Positions 8,947 to 17,866 of a DNA stretch of 64,000 nt are shown in pieces. Position numbers and translations under genes: made by a program. This DNA comes from Chthoniobacteraceae bacterium (GTDB taxonomy: Bacteria; Verrucomicrobiota; Verrucomicrobiia; Chthoniobacterales; Chthoniobacteraceae), in contig JBEBGD010000019.1 in assembly GCA_040081625.1 (NCBI GenBank), forward strand, positions 1 through 64,000. Direction: 5' to 3'. The number at the start of each line of letters is the position of its first letter. Positions within the stretch are counted from its first letter, which is position 1. The notes under the pieces were generated by a model. That model searched no databases, was not told the DNA's origin, and saw only the letters and a program-made list of their open reading frames with translations.

Positions 8947-10059
8947 TTACACGGTCCATTGGAAGCCGATCTCATCGAGCCGGCGCCGGTGCTCCGCGGA
9001 GATGGTTCCAGCCCGGTTCAGCCCGCGCTGATACGACACCCAACTGCCCAACTTCGGATCGGCCTTCGACTTCGATGGCACCCGTGTGTGGCCAAAGCGC
9101 GCCTTGAACTTGCGCAACCTAGCAAACTGCTCCTCCCAGTGCCACGCGACGGGCTTCCACGGAAAACCCGCCGCGTCCATTCGCTTGCGCCGGTAATCCC
9201 GCAACACATCCGAAGCCCGGTAACGGCGCTGACTGCCGATCCACTGCCACAGCTGGAAGTCACGGGAACGCAGCACCCCGGCATGCCCGTAGCGCCGCTT
9301 GTAGGCCCTCAATCGGGCGAGCATCTCGTCGAGCTTCCGGTCGTGTTCCTCCACACGCGTCTCGCCGAGTCTGAACTGAAAGCCAAGCGTCCTGAGCCGC
9401 CGCCTTTGATCCGCACTGATCTCGCGGCGACGGCCGCGAAGCCGCTGATGCTCGACCCAGCGACCCAGCTTTTCGTTCTCCGCCCACTGCCGCGGCACCC
9501 GTGTATGCCCAAGGCGCTCCTTAAATTCCGCCAACTCCACGAAGTGCGCCTCCCAACTCCGATCAACCGCCTCCCATGGAAAACCCGCTGCATCCAGCAA
9601 CTCCCGCCGATACTTTCGGAGCTTCCCCGCATTTCGATAGATACGCTGCCGGCCGATCCAGTAGTGCAACGCGCGATCCTCTTCACGCCTCACCCTTGTG
9701 TGGCCGTGCCGCTCGCGATAAGCCGCCAGCCGCGCCAGCATTTTCTCCATATATAAGTCATGCTCCTCCACATGCGGTTCGGAGATGATCTCCCACTCGA
9801 CTCCGAGTTTGAGCAGCCGTTTCCCGCGATCGGGCTCGATCAGCCCCCGACGTCCCTGCTGCCGTTGGTAAGCCAGCCACCGCCCCAACTGCACATTCCC
9901 GCGCCAGTCCACCGGCACCCGCACGTGCCCGTGCTCGTCGCGATATTCCTTCAGCTCGGTATAGCGTCGTTCCCACAGTTCATCATCCCACCCCACATGC
10001 CTTCGCCCTCCCTGCAGTTTGCGTTTCTTCCCCGCGGCTTTGCCGGCGCGCACACTCAT
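8947..10059 (-). CDS. Standalone helicase-associated (HA) domain repeat protein, five repeats
   Basis: Five copies resembling W..xx.L..Y/F..x.GH..V....L..W...QR.....G.I/L...R...L...GF.W. No helicase motifs. ATG preceded by GGAGG. Confidence 0.8.
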   Translation of the reverse strand: MSVRAGKAAGKKRKLQGGRRHVGWDDELWERRYTELKEYRDEHGHVRVPVDWRGNVQLGRWLAYQRQQGRRGLIEPDRGKRLLKLGVEWEIISEPHVEEHDLYMEKMLARLAAYRERHGHTRVRREEDRALHYWIGRQRIYRNAGKLRKYRRELLDAAGFPWEAVDRSWEAHFVELAEFKERLGHTRVPRQWAENEKLGRWVEHQRLRGRRREISADQRRRLRTLGFQFRLGETRVEEHDRKLDEMLARLRAYKRRYGHAGVLRSRDFQLWQWIGSQRRYRASDVLRDYRRKRMDAAGFPWKPVAWHWEEQFARLRKFKARFGHTRVPSKSKADPKLGSWVSYQRGLNRAGTISAEHRRRLDEIGFQWTV

Positions 10060-10202
10060 TCGCCTCCCCTTTCGGCGATCTTCGTGAAGCGTTCAACGGT
10101 TGTGAGCTGGTAGCGGCCGCTCATGGGGCGAAGTTCACCGCAAACATGCCCGCGACGCAAATCTCCTTCCCGTTCCACCCTCACCGCCGCTAAAAGCCGC
10201 CC

Positions 10203-10783
10203 ATGAGCACTCCGCCCCGGCCCGGCTTTTCCCTCCGCATCTCTGTCCCCGACGGCTCGCGTATCGTGGCACTCGCATGATTCGTTTCGACGGCACGGAA
10301 CTCCAGTTCGCCGACCCCGGCGGCTGCCTCTTTCTCTCCTTCGCCATCGCTCCGGAAGGACAGCGCGAGTTGCATTGGTGGATGGAAGTTCATCCACATC
10401 CCCTCCACGGCCTGCCACTCCACGGCCAAAGAAACCATGGACGGCCTCAGGTTCAGCCTCGCATCGCTGGGCGTCACCGTCTCCACTGGGCGCGTCGTGG
10501 ACTTCCGCCTGAAAGACGCCCTGCGGAAGGCACCCGAACGTGGCACCGTGCCGCTGCTCTACCGGGGCCGTCCGGTGCCGACGGTCAACCCGGCGCCGAT
10601 GGAGCGCCGGGCGAGGTGTCGCTGTCGGAGCTGAACTCGGCCATCGCCGGGACCGCGCGCAACCCGATCGCCGTCGCGCTGCTCGTGCTGACGGTGAGCG
10701 ATCCGCCGACACAGGCGGAGTTGCAGGCCGTGGTGGACAAGCTCAACGAGCTGATCATCGCGACGACCCGGCCGCCGGCATAG
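10203..10783 (+). pseudogene. Frameshifted/chimeric locus ending in a short collagen-like (G-X-Y) segment plus a C-terminal helix
   Basis: Host-like codon usage alternates between two frames. The 3' part reads GPSGADGQPGADGAPGEVSLSELNSAIAGT...DPPTQAELQAVVDKLNELI. A duplication of CTCCACGGCC lies at 10403 and 10418. Confidence 0.45.
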
Positions 10784-10877
10784 TCGCGCCGCGCGGCGGC
10801 ACCCATCCACCGGAAGCCGCAACCGACCACGGAACCGCGTCGGCTTCCCGACCCTCACCGCCAAAGCGCGGCGCGCG

Positions 10878-11495
10878 TTACGGCAGCGGACGCACCCGAG
10901 TCTTCCGGAAGCGCACCTCGCTCTCGGGGTCGTGACCTTGCAATGCAAACGTCCCGCTTCCAATCGTCCGCCCCGGCCGCGGCGGCTGATCGCCCTCGGT
11001 GAAATCGACGATCAGGCGCCCGTTCACTTTCGTGATCACGCGCTTGCCCTCGACCTTGATCGACAGCGTGAACCATTCGTCATCCTTCGCCGGCGCCTCG
11101 AAGTTATCCTTTATCCCATACAGCCCCGCCGTCTTCTTCGGGTCGCGGTGCGTGTTGTTCACCTGCACCTCGTAGCCCTTCGACGGCCAGCCGCTGTCCT
11201 GAAGCTCGGTGTGAAAATACACCCCCGAATTCGCCTTCGGCCGCGTGAGCACTTCCGCCTCGAACTCGAAGTTCTTGAACGAATGATTCTGCACCGGCCC
11301 CACATAAAACAAATGTGCCCGCGTGCCCTTCACCACGAGTTCGCCGTTCTCCACGCGGAAGGTCTCGGGACTTTCGTTCGCCTTCCATCCCGCCAGCGAC
11401 TTCCCGTCGAAGAGCGACTCCCATCCGGCAGCGGATTCCGCGGACCATGCGATTCCGGTGAGAGCAATCAGGCAGGCAATCAACGAGCGTTTCAT
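10878..11495 (-). CDS. DUF1080 (3-keto-disaccharide hydrolase-like) secreted protein
   Basis: Signal peptide; 'WESLFDGKSLAGW', 'ANSGVYF', 'GYEVQV' and 'ALQGHDPESEVRFR'. Confidence 0.9.
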   Translation of the reverse strand: MKRSLIACLIALTGIAWSAESAAGWESLFDGKSLAGWKANESPETFRVENGELVVKGTRAHLFYVGPVQNHSFKNFEFEAEVLTRPKANSGVYFHTELQDSGWPSKGYEVQVNNTHRDPKKTAGLYGIKDNFEAPAKDDEWFTLSIKVEGKRVITKVNGRLIVDFTEGDQPPRPGRTIGSGTFALQGHDPESEVRFRKTRVRPLP

Positions 11496-11581
11496 TCCGC
11501 CACCCTGCCGCGCCAACCGGGCGTGTTCAACCCTACAGGCGAAGCGGGCCTCTTGGCCGGAGAAGACGGACGCTGTGCGGC

Positions 11582-14500
11582 TCAGCCGCCGCCTTTGAGG
11601 TAGGCGATCAGGTCCGCCATGTCCTGCGGAGGGATGGCGTGGTCGAGGCCCTCGGGCATGAGCGAGAGCGGCGAGGCGCGCAGCGCGGCGATGTCCGAGC
11701 GCAGGATCGTCTCACGCACGCCGCCGGGCTGGCTGAGCACGAGCGTGGTCGCGGACTCGCTGCTGATGACGCCGACGAGCGCGCGACCGTCCTTCAACTC
11801 GGCGGTGTAGGTCGAGTAGCGCGGCTCGACGACGGCGTTCGGGTCGAGGATGGCGACGAGGAAATCCTGCACGCTTTTGGTGCGATAGGTTCCGATGTTC
11901 GGCCCGATCTCGCTGCCCTGGCCGAGGTAGGCGTGGCAGGTGGCGCAGATGTTTTTGAAAACGGTCGCGCCTTTTGCGGCGTCGCCGGTGAGGTTCGCGA
12001 CGGGTTGATACTTCGCGACGACGGCGGCGCGGTCGCCCGGGCGGGCCGATGGCAGCAGCTTCGCGGCGCGTTCCCGGATCGCTTTGTTCGCGTGCTTCGC
12101 GAGGCGTTCGCGGCTAGCGGTCGGCACGTCGGCGGGCACGACCGTGGCTTTCCCGATCGCATCGAGCAGCGCGATGGCGCCCTCGTCGCGGCTGAGCAGC
12201 GCGTTGATGATGGCGACGCGCATCGCCGGGCCATGCTGCGGCCACGCGGCGAGCATGATGCCCGGCGCGAGCGGGCTGCGGCTGCGGGAGAGGGTGTCGA
12301 GCGCAGCCTTCTGCACGGCGGCATCGGCGGTCGGCGCGATGAAGCTCGCGAGCAGCGGGAGATCCCGCTGCTGATCGTTGAGCCCGCGGCCGTAAAGCCG
12401 GATCGCGGCGAGTCGCGTCGCCGGGTCTGTCTTCGCATCGTTGGCAAATCGATGCGCGGCTTCATAGACACTCGCGAGCGGCCCGACCGCGGCGGAGTCG
12501 CCCTTTCGCCGGTCGAACGTGTCTTGCAGCCGCGCGAGGCCGACGATCTGCCACGGCTCGATCCCGGCGCCCGGCGCCGGGGCGATGAAGCGAATCAGCG
12601 TCCCGATGTCTTCTGCTTTCGCGGCCGCGGTGGCGACGAGGCCGCCGATGAGTTCGTCCGGGCCGGGGCCGAGCGCGGTGAGGATGGCGATCGATTGGCG
12701 AGCGGCGGAGCTGAGCACGGCGGCGCGCATCCATTCATCGTCCGGCGCGCTCTTCGCGATGGCGGCGAGCGCGGCGGCAGCGCGCGGGTCGTCCCACTCG
12801 CCGAGGCTGAGCGCGAGTTGATGGCGGACGGTGAAGTCGGGGTCGTCCACGAGCGGGAGGCATGGCGCGAGATTCGGTTCGCTGAGCCGGATCGCGTGGC
12901 GGCGCACGGCGGGGTGCGTGTCGGCGAGCGCGGCGGCGAGAAGCTCGGGCGTGATCGCGCGCAGGCCATCGAGCACGCAGAGCGCCTGCACGCGGACGGC
13001 GGGAAGGGTGGAAGCGACGCCCCGTCGCTTCGCGTCAGCCGAAGCGGCGAGGGCGCCGCTTCCACTCAGTTCGGCTGCCGCATCCGGACGGCGAAGCAAC
13101 TCCGCGTGCGCGAGATCGCGCGTCGTGCCGTTCGGCGTGTCGAGCGCGGCGACGAGTTCGGGCGTCGCAAGCTTGGTGAGGTCGCGGATCGGGCGCAGCT
13201 TCGCATTCGCCGGATGGATGCGGTAGATGCGGCCCATCCGCGCGCCGGCGCGCACGTCGAGCGTCGCGAGCTTGTCGCCGGGAATCCAGCGCGGGTGCTC
13301 GATCACGGCGCGATACATATCCACGACCCACAGCGCGCCGTCGGGACCGGTGCGGACTTGCACGGGGCGGAACCAGTTGTCCGTCGAGGCGAGGAATTCG
13401 CTCGTCTGCTCGTCGGGCGCGCGACGCGCGTCGAAGGTCGCGCTGCGAGGCGTGAGCTTGAGGCGATGGACGAGATTGTGAACCGGCTCGCACGTGAAGA
13501 TGTCGCCGGCGAGTCCGGGGATGAGGTCGTCGCGGTAGATGCCGAGGCCGCATGCGGAGGTGGTGTGGTTGAGCGACTCGGGGTTGTTGAAGCGCTCGGG
13601 CGGAATGCTGATCGGGTGGAGCACGTTCGGGTCGGCGGCGGCGGGGATCTGCGCTTGCGACGGCGGCGCGGGCACGTGCGGGTTGCGGCGCCCGTAGTGC
13701 TCGCGCAGCGGGAAGTGAAAGGCGAGGCGGCCATTGCTGCACCCGAACCAGTTGCCCCAGTCATCGCGCGCGCGGCCCTGCTGCGACACGCCGGACGCCG
13801 GCTCGAACGCGCCGGTCGCGGGATTCATGCGGAAGTCGCGCCCGCGAATATCGACCGGCGGGCCGCCGGCGAAGCTGGTGATCGAACCGCCGAGCAGGCC
13901 GTTGGCGCCATGGATCCAGTTGTCGAGCCCGAGCGAGAGGCTGTTGACGCGGGCCTGGTAGTTGTCGGTGAGGAAGCCGCTGAACAACTTCTTCACGCTG
14001 TCCGCGCGACCGTCGCCGTTGGTGTCCTCGGCGAGGATGATGTCGGGCGCCGCGCAGATGAGCACGCCCCTGCCCCACGCGGTGACGCCGGTGGGAAAAG
14101 GAAGGCCGGCGAGAAACTCGGTCGCCTTGTCGTAGCGGCCATCGGCATCGGTGTCTTCGAGCACCTTGATCGCGCCGCCGGGCGTGAACTTCCCATCCGG
14201 GCCGCTCGGGTAGTCGCGCATCTCGGCGACCCACAGCCTTCCATCCGCACTCCAGTCGATCGCGACGGGACTGACGACCATCGGCTCCGCGACGACGAGG
14301 CTCACGACGAGGCCGTCCTTCGGCTTGATCGCCGCCCATGAGTCCGCGGGGGACAAGGCGCCGCCTGTCTTTGCGGCGAAGCCTTTCGGCAGAAGCTCGT
14401 GAACCGCGCCGATGACGCGGTCCTCGATGCCGGGGGCGAACTTCGTCGGCCGATCGTAATAGACCATCGCACCCGCGCCCTCGTAGCCGCCCTCGGCGAG

Positions 14501-15676
14501 CACGCGGCGCGACGGGATGTAGCAGGTCGCGTCGTTTGCGTAGGCATTCACCCAAAGCCGGGACGCGTCGCACTCGGCCTTCAGGCGAAGCGCAAAATCG
14601 ACGACGACTTCGCCGGGCAGGAAGACCATCGCGATGTCGCGCCCGAAGCTCCACGTCTGGACGAGATACGGGACGCTCGTCGGGAGCTTCTCGCCGCGAT
14701 CGAGCCGGGCGAGATTGCGCCGCGCGTGGTAGGCGATGTTGGCGCTCTTCGACTGCGCGAGCGCGAGCCACTCGTCGCGAGTCGGCAGCGCGTCGAAGGG
14801 CAGGTCGATCGACTTCTCGCGACAGACGAGCGCGCCGCGGACCGGCGTCGTGCTCGCGAGCAGGCGCGTCACTTCCGCGCCGAACGCCTCGCCGTGCTGC
14901 CGCGCGAGCTCGACGGTGCCGCGCGGGTGCGGGTTCTGGTCCGCGCCGCAGCCGCCGGGATGATCGCGCTCGATCGCCTCCATCGCGTAGCCGGGCCAGT
15001 CGCCGCTGATCTTGTTGTATTGGAGCGTCGTCGCGTGGCAGGCGTAGTTCGCGAAGACGGCGCGCAGTTTTCCATCGGGCGCGGTGACGAAGAGTGCCGG
15101 GAGCGCCCAATCGACCGGGCCGCCCCAGGCGACGCGGCGGTTGCGGGCGAAGTTCACGGTGCCCTGCGCCCACGCGAGGCGCGCGGGCTTGCGATCGGCG
15201 AGTGCGGCGAGGACGACTTGCTCGATCTTGTCGGTGAGTTCGCGCGAGTAGCGGTCGATGCGCTGCTGGTGCTCGGGCGGGATGTCGGAGCTGAAGATGT
15301 TCGGGAGCGAGCCGGTCAGGCACGGCGCGCAATGTGTGTGCGAGAAACAGATCGCGAACCGCTCCGGCGCAAGCTTCGTCCTGCGAGCGAGGCGCGTGAG
15401 CAGTTCCTCGCGCATCGACGCCGGCGTGCCGCAGTTGTCCACGGTCACGAGCACGGCGGGGCCGGCGGCGTCGCCGCCGATCGCGAGGGCCTTTGCCCAG
15501 ATGCGCTGCGCGACTTCCTCGAATTCCTCGCGCCGGTTGCCGTAGCCGCTGAGGCGGACCGGGTAGTCCGGCGTGATGTCGATCTCCGCGACGCCGACGA
15601 TGTAAGCGGGTTCTTCCGCGAGCGATAAGCCGGCGAACAGGACGAGGGCGGAAAGGCAGCGCGCGATGAGATTCAT
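11582..15676 (-). CDS. Fusion: neutral/alkaline ceramidase-like domain + PVC-type beta-propeller/HEAT/cytochrome c (CxxCH) protein
   Basis: N-terminal 'IDITP...LSGY', 'SHTHCAP', 'YACHAT', 'GEVVVDF', 'EGGYE'; propeller 'EPMVVSPVAIDW...RLWVAEMRDYP', 'DNWFRPV'; C-terminal heme motif 'CATCH' and 'SLMPEGL'. Confidence 0.85.
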   Translation of the reverse strand: MNLIARCLSALVLFAGLSLAEEPAYIVGVAEIDITPDYPVRLSGYGNRREEFEEVAQRIWAKALAIGGDAAGPAVLVTVDNCGTPASMREELLTRLARRTKLAPERFAICFSHTHCAPCLTGSLPNIFSSDIPPEHQQRIDRYSRELTDKIEQVVLAALADRKPARLAWAQGTVNFARNRRVAWGGPVDWALPALFVTAPDGKLRAVFANYACHATTLQYNKISGDWPGYAMEAIERDHPGGCGADQNPHPRGTVELARQHGEAFGAEVTRLLASTTPVRGALVCREKSIDLPFDALPTRDEWLALAQSKSANIAYHARRNLARLDRGEKLPTSVPYLVQTWSFGRDIAMVFLPGEVVVDFALRLKAECDASRLWVNAYANDATCYIPSRRVLAEGGYEGAGAMVYYDRPTKFAPGIEDRVIGAVHELLPKGFAAKTGGALSPADSWAAIKPKDGLVVSLVVAEPMVVSPVAIDWSADGRLWVAEMRDYPSGPDGKFTPGGAIKVLEDTDADGRYDKATEFLAGLPFPTGVTAWGRGVLICAAPDIILAEDTNGDGRADSVKKLFSGFLTDNYQARVNSLSLGLDNWIHGANGLLGGSITSFAGGPPVDIRGRDFRMNPATGAFEPASGVSQQGRARDDWGNWFGCSNGRLAFHFPLREHYGRRNPHVPAPPSQAQIPAAADPNVLHPISIPPERFNNPESLNHTTSACGLGIYRDDLIPGLAGDIFTCEPVHNLVHRLKLTPRSATFDARRAPDEQTSEFLASTDNWFRPVQVRTGPDGALWVVDMYRAVIEHPRWIPGDKLATLDVRAGARMGRIYRIHPANAKLRPIRDLTKLATPELVAALDTPNGTTRDLAHAELLRRPDAAAELSGSGALAASADAKRRGVASTLPAVRVQALCVLDGLRAITPELLAAALADTHPAVRRHAIRLSEPNLAPCLPLVDDPDFTVRHQLALSLGEWDDPRAAAALAAIAKSAPDDEWMRAAVLSSAARQSIAILTALGPGPDELIGGLVATAAAKAEDIGTLIRFIAPAPGAGIEPWQIVGLARLQDTFDRRKGDSAAVGPLASVYEAAHRFANDAKTDPATRLAAIRLYGRGLNDQQRDLPLLASFIAPTADAAVQKAALDTLSRSRSPLAPGIMLAAWPQHGPAMRVAIINALLSRDEGAIALLDAIGKATVVPADVPTASRERLAKHANKAIRERAAKLLPSARPGDRAAVVAKYQPVANLTGDAAKGATVFKNICATCHAYLGQGSEIGPNIGTYRTKSVQDFLVAILDPNAVVEPRYSTYTAELKDGRALVGVISSESATTLVLSQPGGVRETILRSDIAALRASPLSLMPEGLDHAIPPQDMADLIAYLKGGG
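13008..13065. repeat. GTGG-type REP doublet inserted in frame within a CDS
   Basis: GTG-GAAGCGACG-CCC-CGTCGCTTC ... GAAGCGGCG-AGGG-CGCCGCTTC-CAC: two inverted REP units, each internally palindromic. Confidence 0.8.
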
Positions 15677-15737
15677 GGAGGTGGGTGGAGCAGACAACCC
15701 GCGCGCGCCCTCGATCTAAGCCGGAGCGATGCAGTGG

Positions 15738-15834
15738 GAACCACAGGGACACGGAGGGCACGGAGAAGAAACACCAGTGACTTCCAACGCACCGAACTCC
15801 CGCCTTCCCTGTGTTCTTTGTGTCTCTGTGGTTC
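15738..15834. repeat. Inverted repeat built from 9-nt tandem units (CACRGRGRR)
   Basis: 31-nt arms GAACCACAGGGACACGGAGGGCACGGAGAAG and CTTCCCTGTGTTCTTTGTGTCTCTGTGGTTC. Confidence 0.8.
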
Positions 15835-15869
15835 AATGAATCGAAGCGGTCCACCCAGACGCCGGAACT

Positions 15870-15900
15870 CCTACTTGACGGGTAGGGTTGTAATCCCTAC
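15870..15900. promoter_or_regulatory. Putative Rrf2 operator (overlapping palindromes)
   Basis: CCTAC-N7-GTAGG (15870-15886) and GTAGGG-N7-CCCTAC (15882-15900) lie immediately upstream of the Rrf2 gene. Confidence 0.55.
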
Positions 15901-15921
15901 CGGGTGCGTCGCCTTTAACCC

Positions 15922-16431
15922 ATGCGACTTTCCAAACGTGGCGAATACGCCCTCCGCGCTCTCATCGACCTCGGCCTCGCCGAGGCGCAGGGACGTCCGC
16001 TCGTGCAGCTCTCGGAGCTGGCGGAGAAGGAGCGGCTGCCGGGCAAGTTTCTCGAGCAGATTTTCATCCAGCTCCGCGAGGCGAAGCTGATCGACGCGCG
16101 GCGCGGAAAGGGCGGCGGATACTTTCTCGCGAAGCCGACGGCGAAGATTCGCATCGGCGACGTGGTGCGGATGATCGATGGGCCGCTGGCGCCGATCAGT
16201 TGCGCTAGCCAGACCGCTTACGAGCGGTGCAGTTGCCCGGATGAGGAGCACTGCGGGCTGCGGATGCTCATGCTCGATGTCCGCAACGCGATTGCGCGAA
16301 TCCTCGACAACTACACGCTGGCCGACGTGGTCGAGGTGACGATGCGCAAGATGAAGCGTAATCACATCGCCCCGCTCTTCGCCTTTCTCGAGAAGCCCGC
16401 GCCTGCCCGGCGCAAAATCGCACGCCCATGA
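15922..16431 (+). CDS. Rrf2-family transcriptional regulator with Cys-rich (putative Fe-S) motif
   Basis: 'MRLSKRGEYALRAL', 'FLEQI', 'RRGKGGGYFL' and 'ISCASQTAYERCSCPDEEHCGLR'. Confidence 0.92.
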   Translation: MRLSKRGEYALRALIDLGLAEAQGRPLVQLSELAEKERLPGKFLEQIFIQLREAKLIDARRGKGGGYFLAKPTAKIRIGDVVRMIDGPLAPISCASQTAYERCSCPDEEHCGLRMLMLDVRNAIARILDNYTLADVVEVTMRKMKRNHIAPLFAFLEKPAPARRKIARP

Positions 16432-17852
16432 AGCTGCTCTCTGCAACCACACTGCTCGTCCTCGCGAGCGCCGCAATCGCAGGCGACCACGGAACCCTCG
16501 TCCCGGCGAAGCCGGAGCCGAAAGCGAATCCGTTGAGCTTTCTCGACGGGGCGCTCGTGCTCGATGTCGAGGAGCGAGTGCGCTTCGAGGCGCGGAACAA
16601 CACCCGCGATTTCAACGACAGCATCAACGACGACAACGACGACACGTGGCTGCTGAACCGTTTTCGTTTCGGGCTCGCGGTGAGGCCGGCGCGCTGGCTA
16701 AAGCTCTACGCGCAGTTTCAGGATGTCCGCGAGTGGGACTCCGACCGGCCGAATGTGCCGGGAGTGCGCGGGACCGAGGGCGGGGATTCGGATTTGCGGC
16801 AGGGCTACGTCGAGCTGGCGAACTACGAAGCATTTCCGCTCGGCCTCACGGTCGGGCGCCAGTCGTTTTTCTACGGCGACGGCCGGCTCATCGGCGATCC
16901 GCGGTGGAACAATTTCGGCCGCACCTTCGATGCGGTGAAACTGCGCTTCCAGACCAAGGCGTTCTGGCTCGATGCGTTCGCGTCGCGTCCGGTGCAGATG
17001 AAGGAAGAGGTCTTCAACGACAGGGACGCTGCGGACAACTTGTTCGGCCTCTACGGCGGCACCGAGGCGCTCGGTTTCCAGACGACCGAGCTGTATTTCT
17101 TCTATCGCGACAAGGGCGACGCGCAGCCTGATCTCGATCCGACGAACAAGCTCGATCCGCGCGGCACGTGGAACGGGCCGGCGCAACGCATCGCCACGGT
17201 CGGCACGCGCTGGCAATCGCAGAAAGGCGGACTGCACGGCTGGGATTACACGGTCGAAGCAGCGTTCCAGTGGGGCGATGTGTGGACGCCCGACCGCAGC
17301 ACGCCGGCACTCGATCACCACGCCTTCGCCGCGCACGTCTCCGGCGGCTACACGTTCGAGAAGCTCACTTGGCATCCGCGCATCGGGCTTGAATACGACT
17401 ACGCGAGTGGCGATCGCGACCCGGCGGACGGCAGGAGCGAGTCCTTCCAAAACCTGCTCGCCTCCAACCACGAGAAGTATGGCTACATGGACGAGTTCGC
17501 GTGGCGCAACCTGCACGACTTTCGCGTGCAGTTGAAAGTGGACGTCATCAAAGACGTTCAAGCGGAGCTGAACTATCACGCGCTCTGGCTGGCGGACACG
17601 AACGACTACTGGTTCCGCTCGAACGGCGTCTCCACGGTGCGCACGACCACGCCGGACGGGCGCGATGTGCGGCGCATCGGCGCGGACCGCTTCGCCGGCC
17701 ACGAGCTCGACTTCGTGGTGAAATGGTTTCCCGCCAAGTGGCTCCAAGTCGATGCGGGTTACAGCCACTTCTTCGCCGGCGACTACCTCGGCGACACGGG
17801 CACGCGCGATGACGCGGACTTCGGCTACGTGCAGGCGACGGTGAAGTTTTAG
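16428..17852 (+). CDS. Outer-membrane beta-barrel, alginate export (AlgE-like) family
   Basis: Signal peptide; 'ERVRFE', 'TVGRQ...YGDGRLIG..W.NFGRTFDAVK', 'YDYASGD'; C-terminal Phe. Confidence 0.8.
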   Translation: MKLLSATTLLVLASAAIAGDHGTLVPAKPEPKANPLSFLDGALVLDVEERVRFEARNNTRDFNDSINDDNDDTWLLNRFRFGLAVRPARWLKLYAQFQDVREWDSDRPNVPGVRGTEGGDSDLRQGYVELANYEAFPLGLTVGRQSFFYGDGRLIGDPRWNNFGRTFDAVKLRFQTKAFWLDAFASRPVQMKEEVFNDRDAADNLFGLYGGTEALGFQTTELYFFYRDKGDAQPDLDPTNKLDPRGTWNGPAQRIATVGTRWQSQKGGLHGWDYTVEAAFQWGDVWTPDRSTPALDHHAFAAHVSGGYTFEKLTWHPRIGLEYDYASGDRDPADGRSESFQNLLASNHEKYGYMDEFAWRNLHDFRVQLKVDVIKDVQAELNYHALWLADTNDYWFRSNGVSTVRTTTPDGRDVRRIGADRFAGHELDFVVKWFPAKWLQVDAGYSHFFAGDYLGDTGTRDDADFGYVQATVKF

Positions 17853-17866
17853 CCGGCACACGACTG

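Noticed and set aside
10203..10634. Single in-frame TGA at 10278 suggesting selenocysteine or readthrough
   Set aside because: The sequence after the TGA in that frame is Ser/Pro-rich and looks off-frame, with no redox motif and no convincing SECIS. Frameshift decay explains it better.
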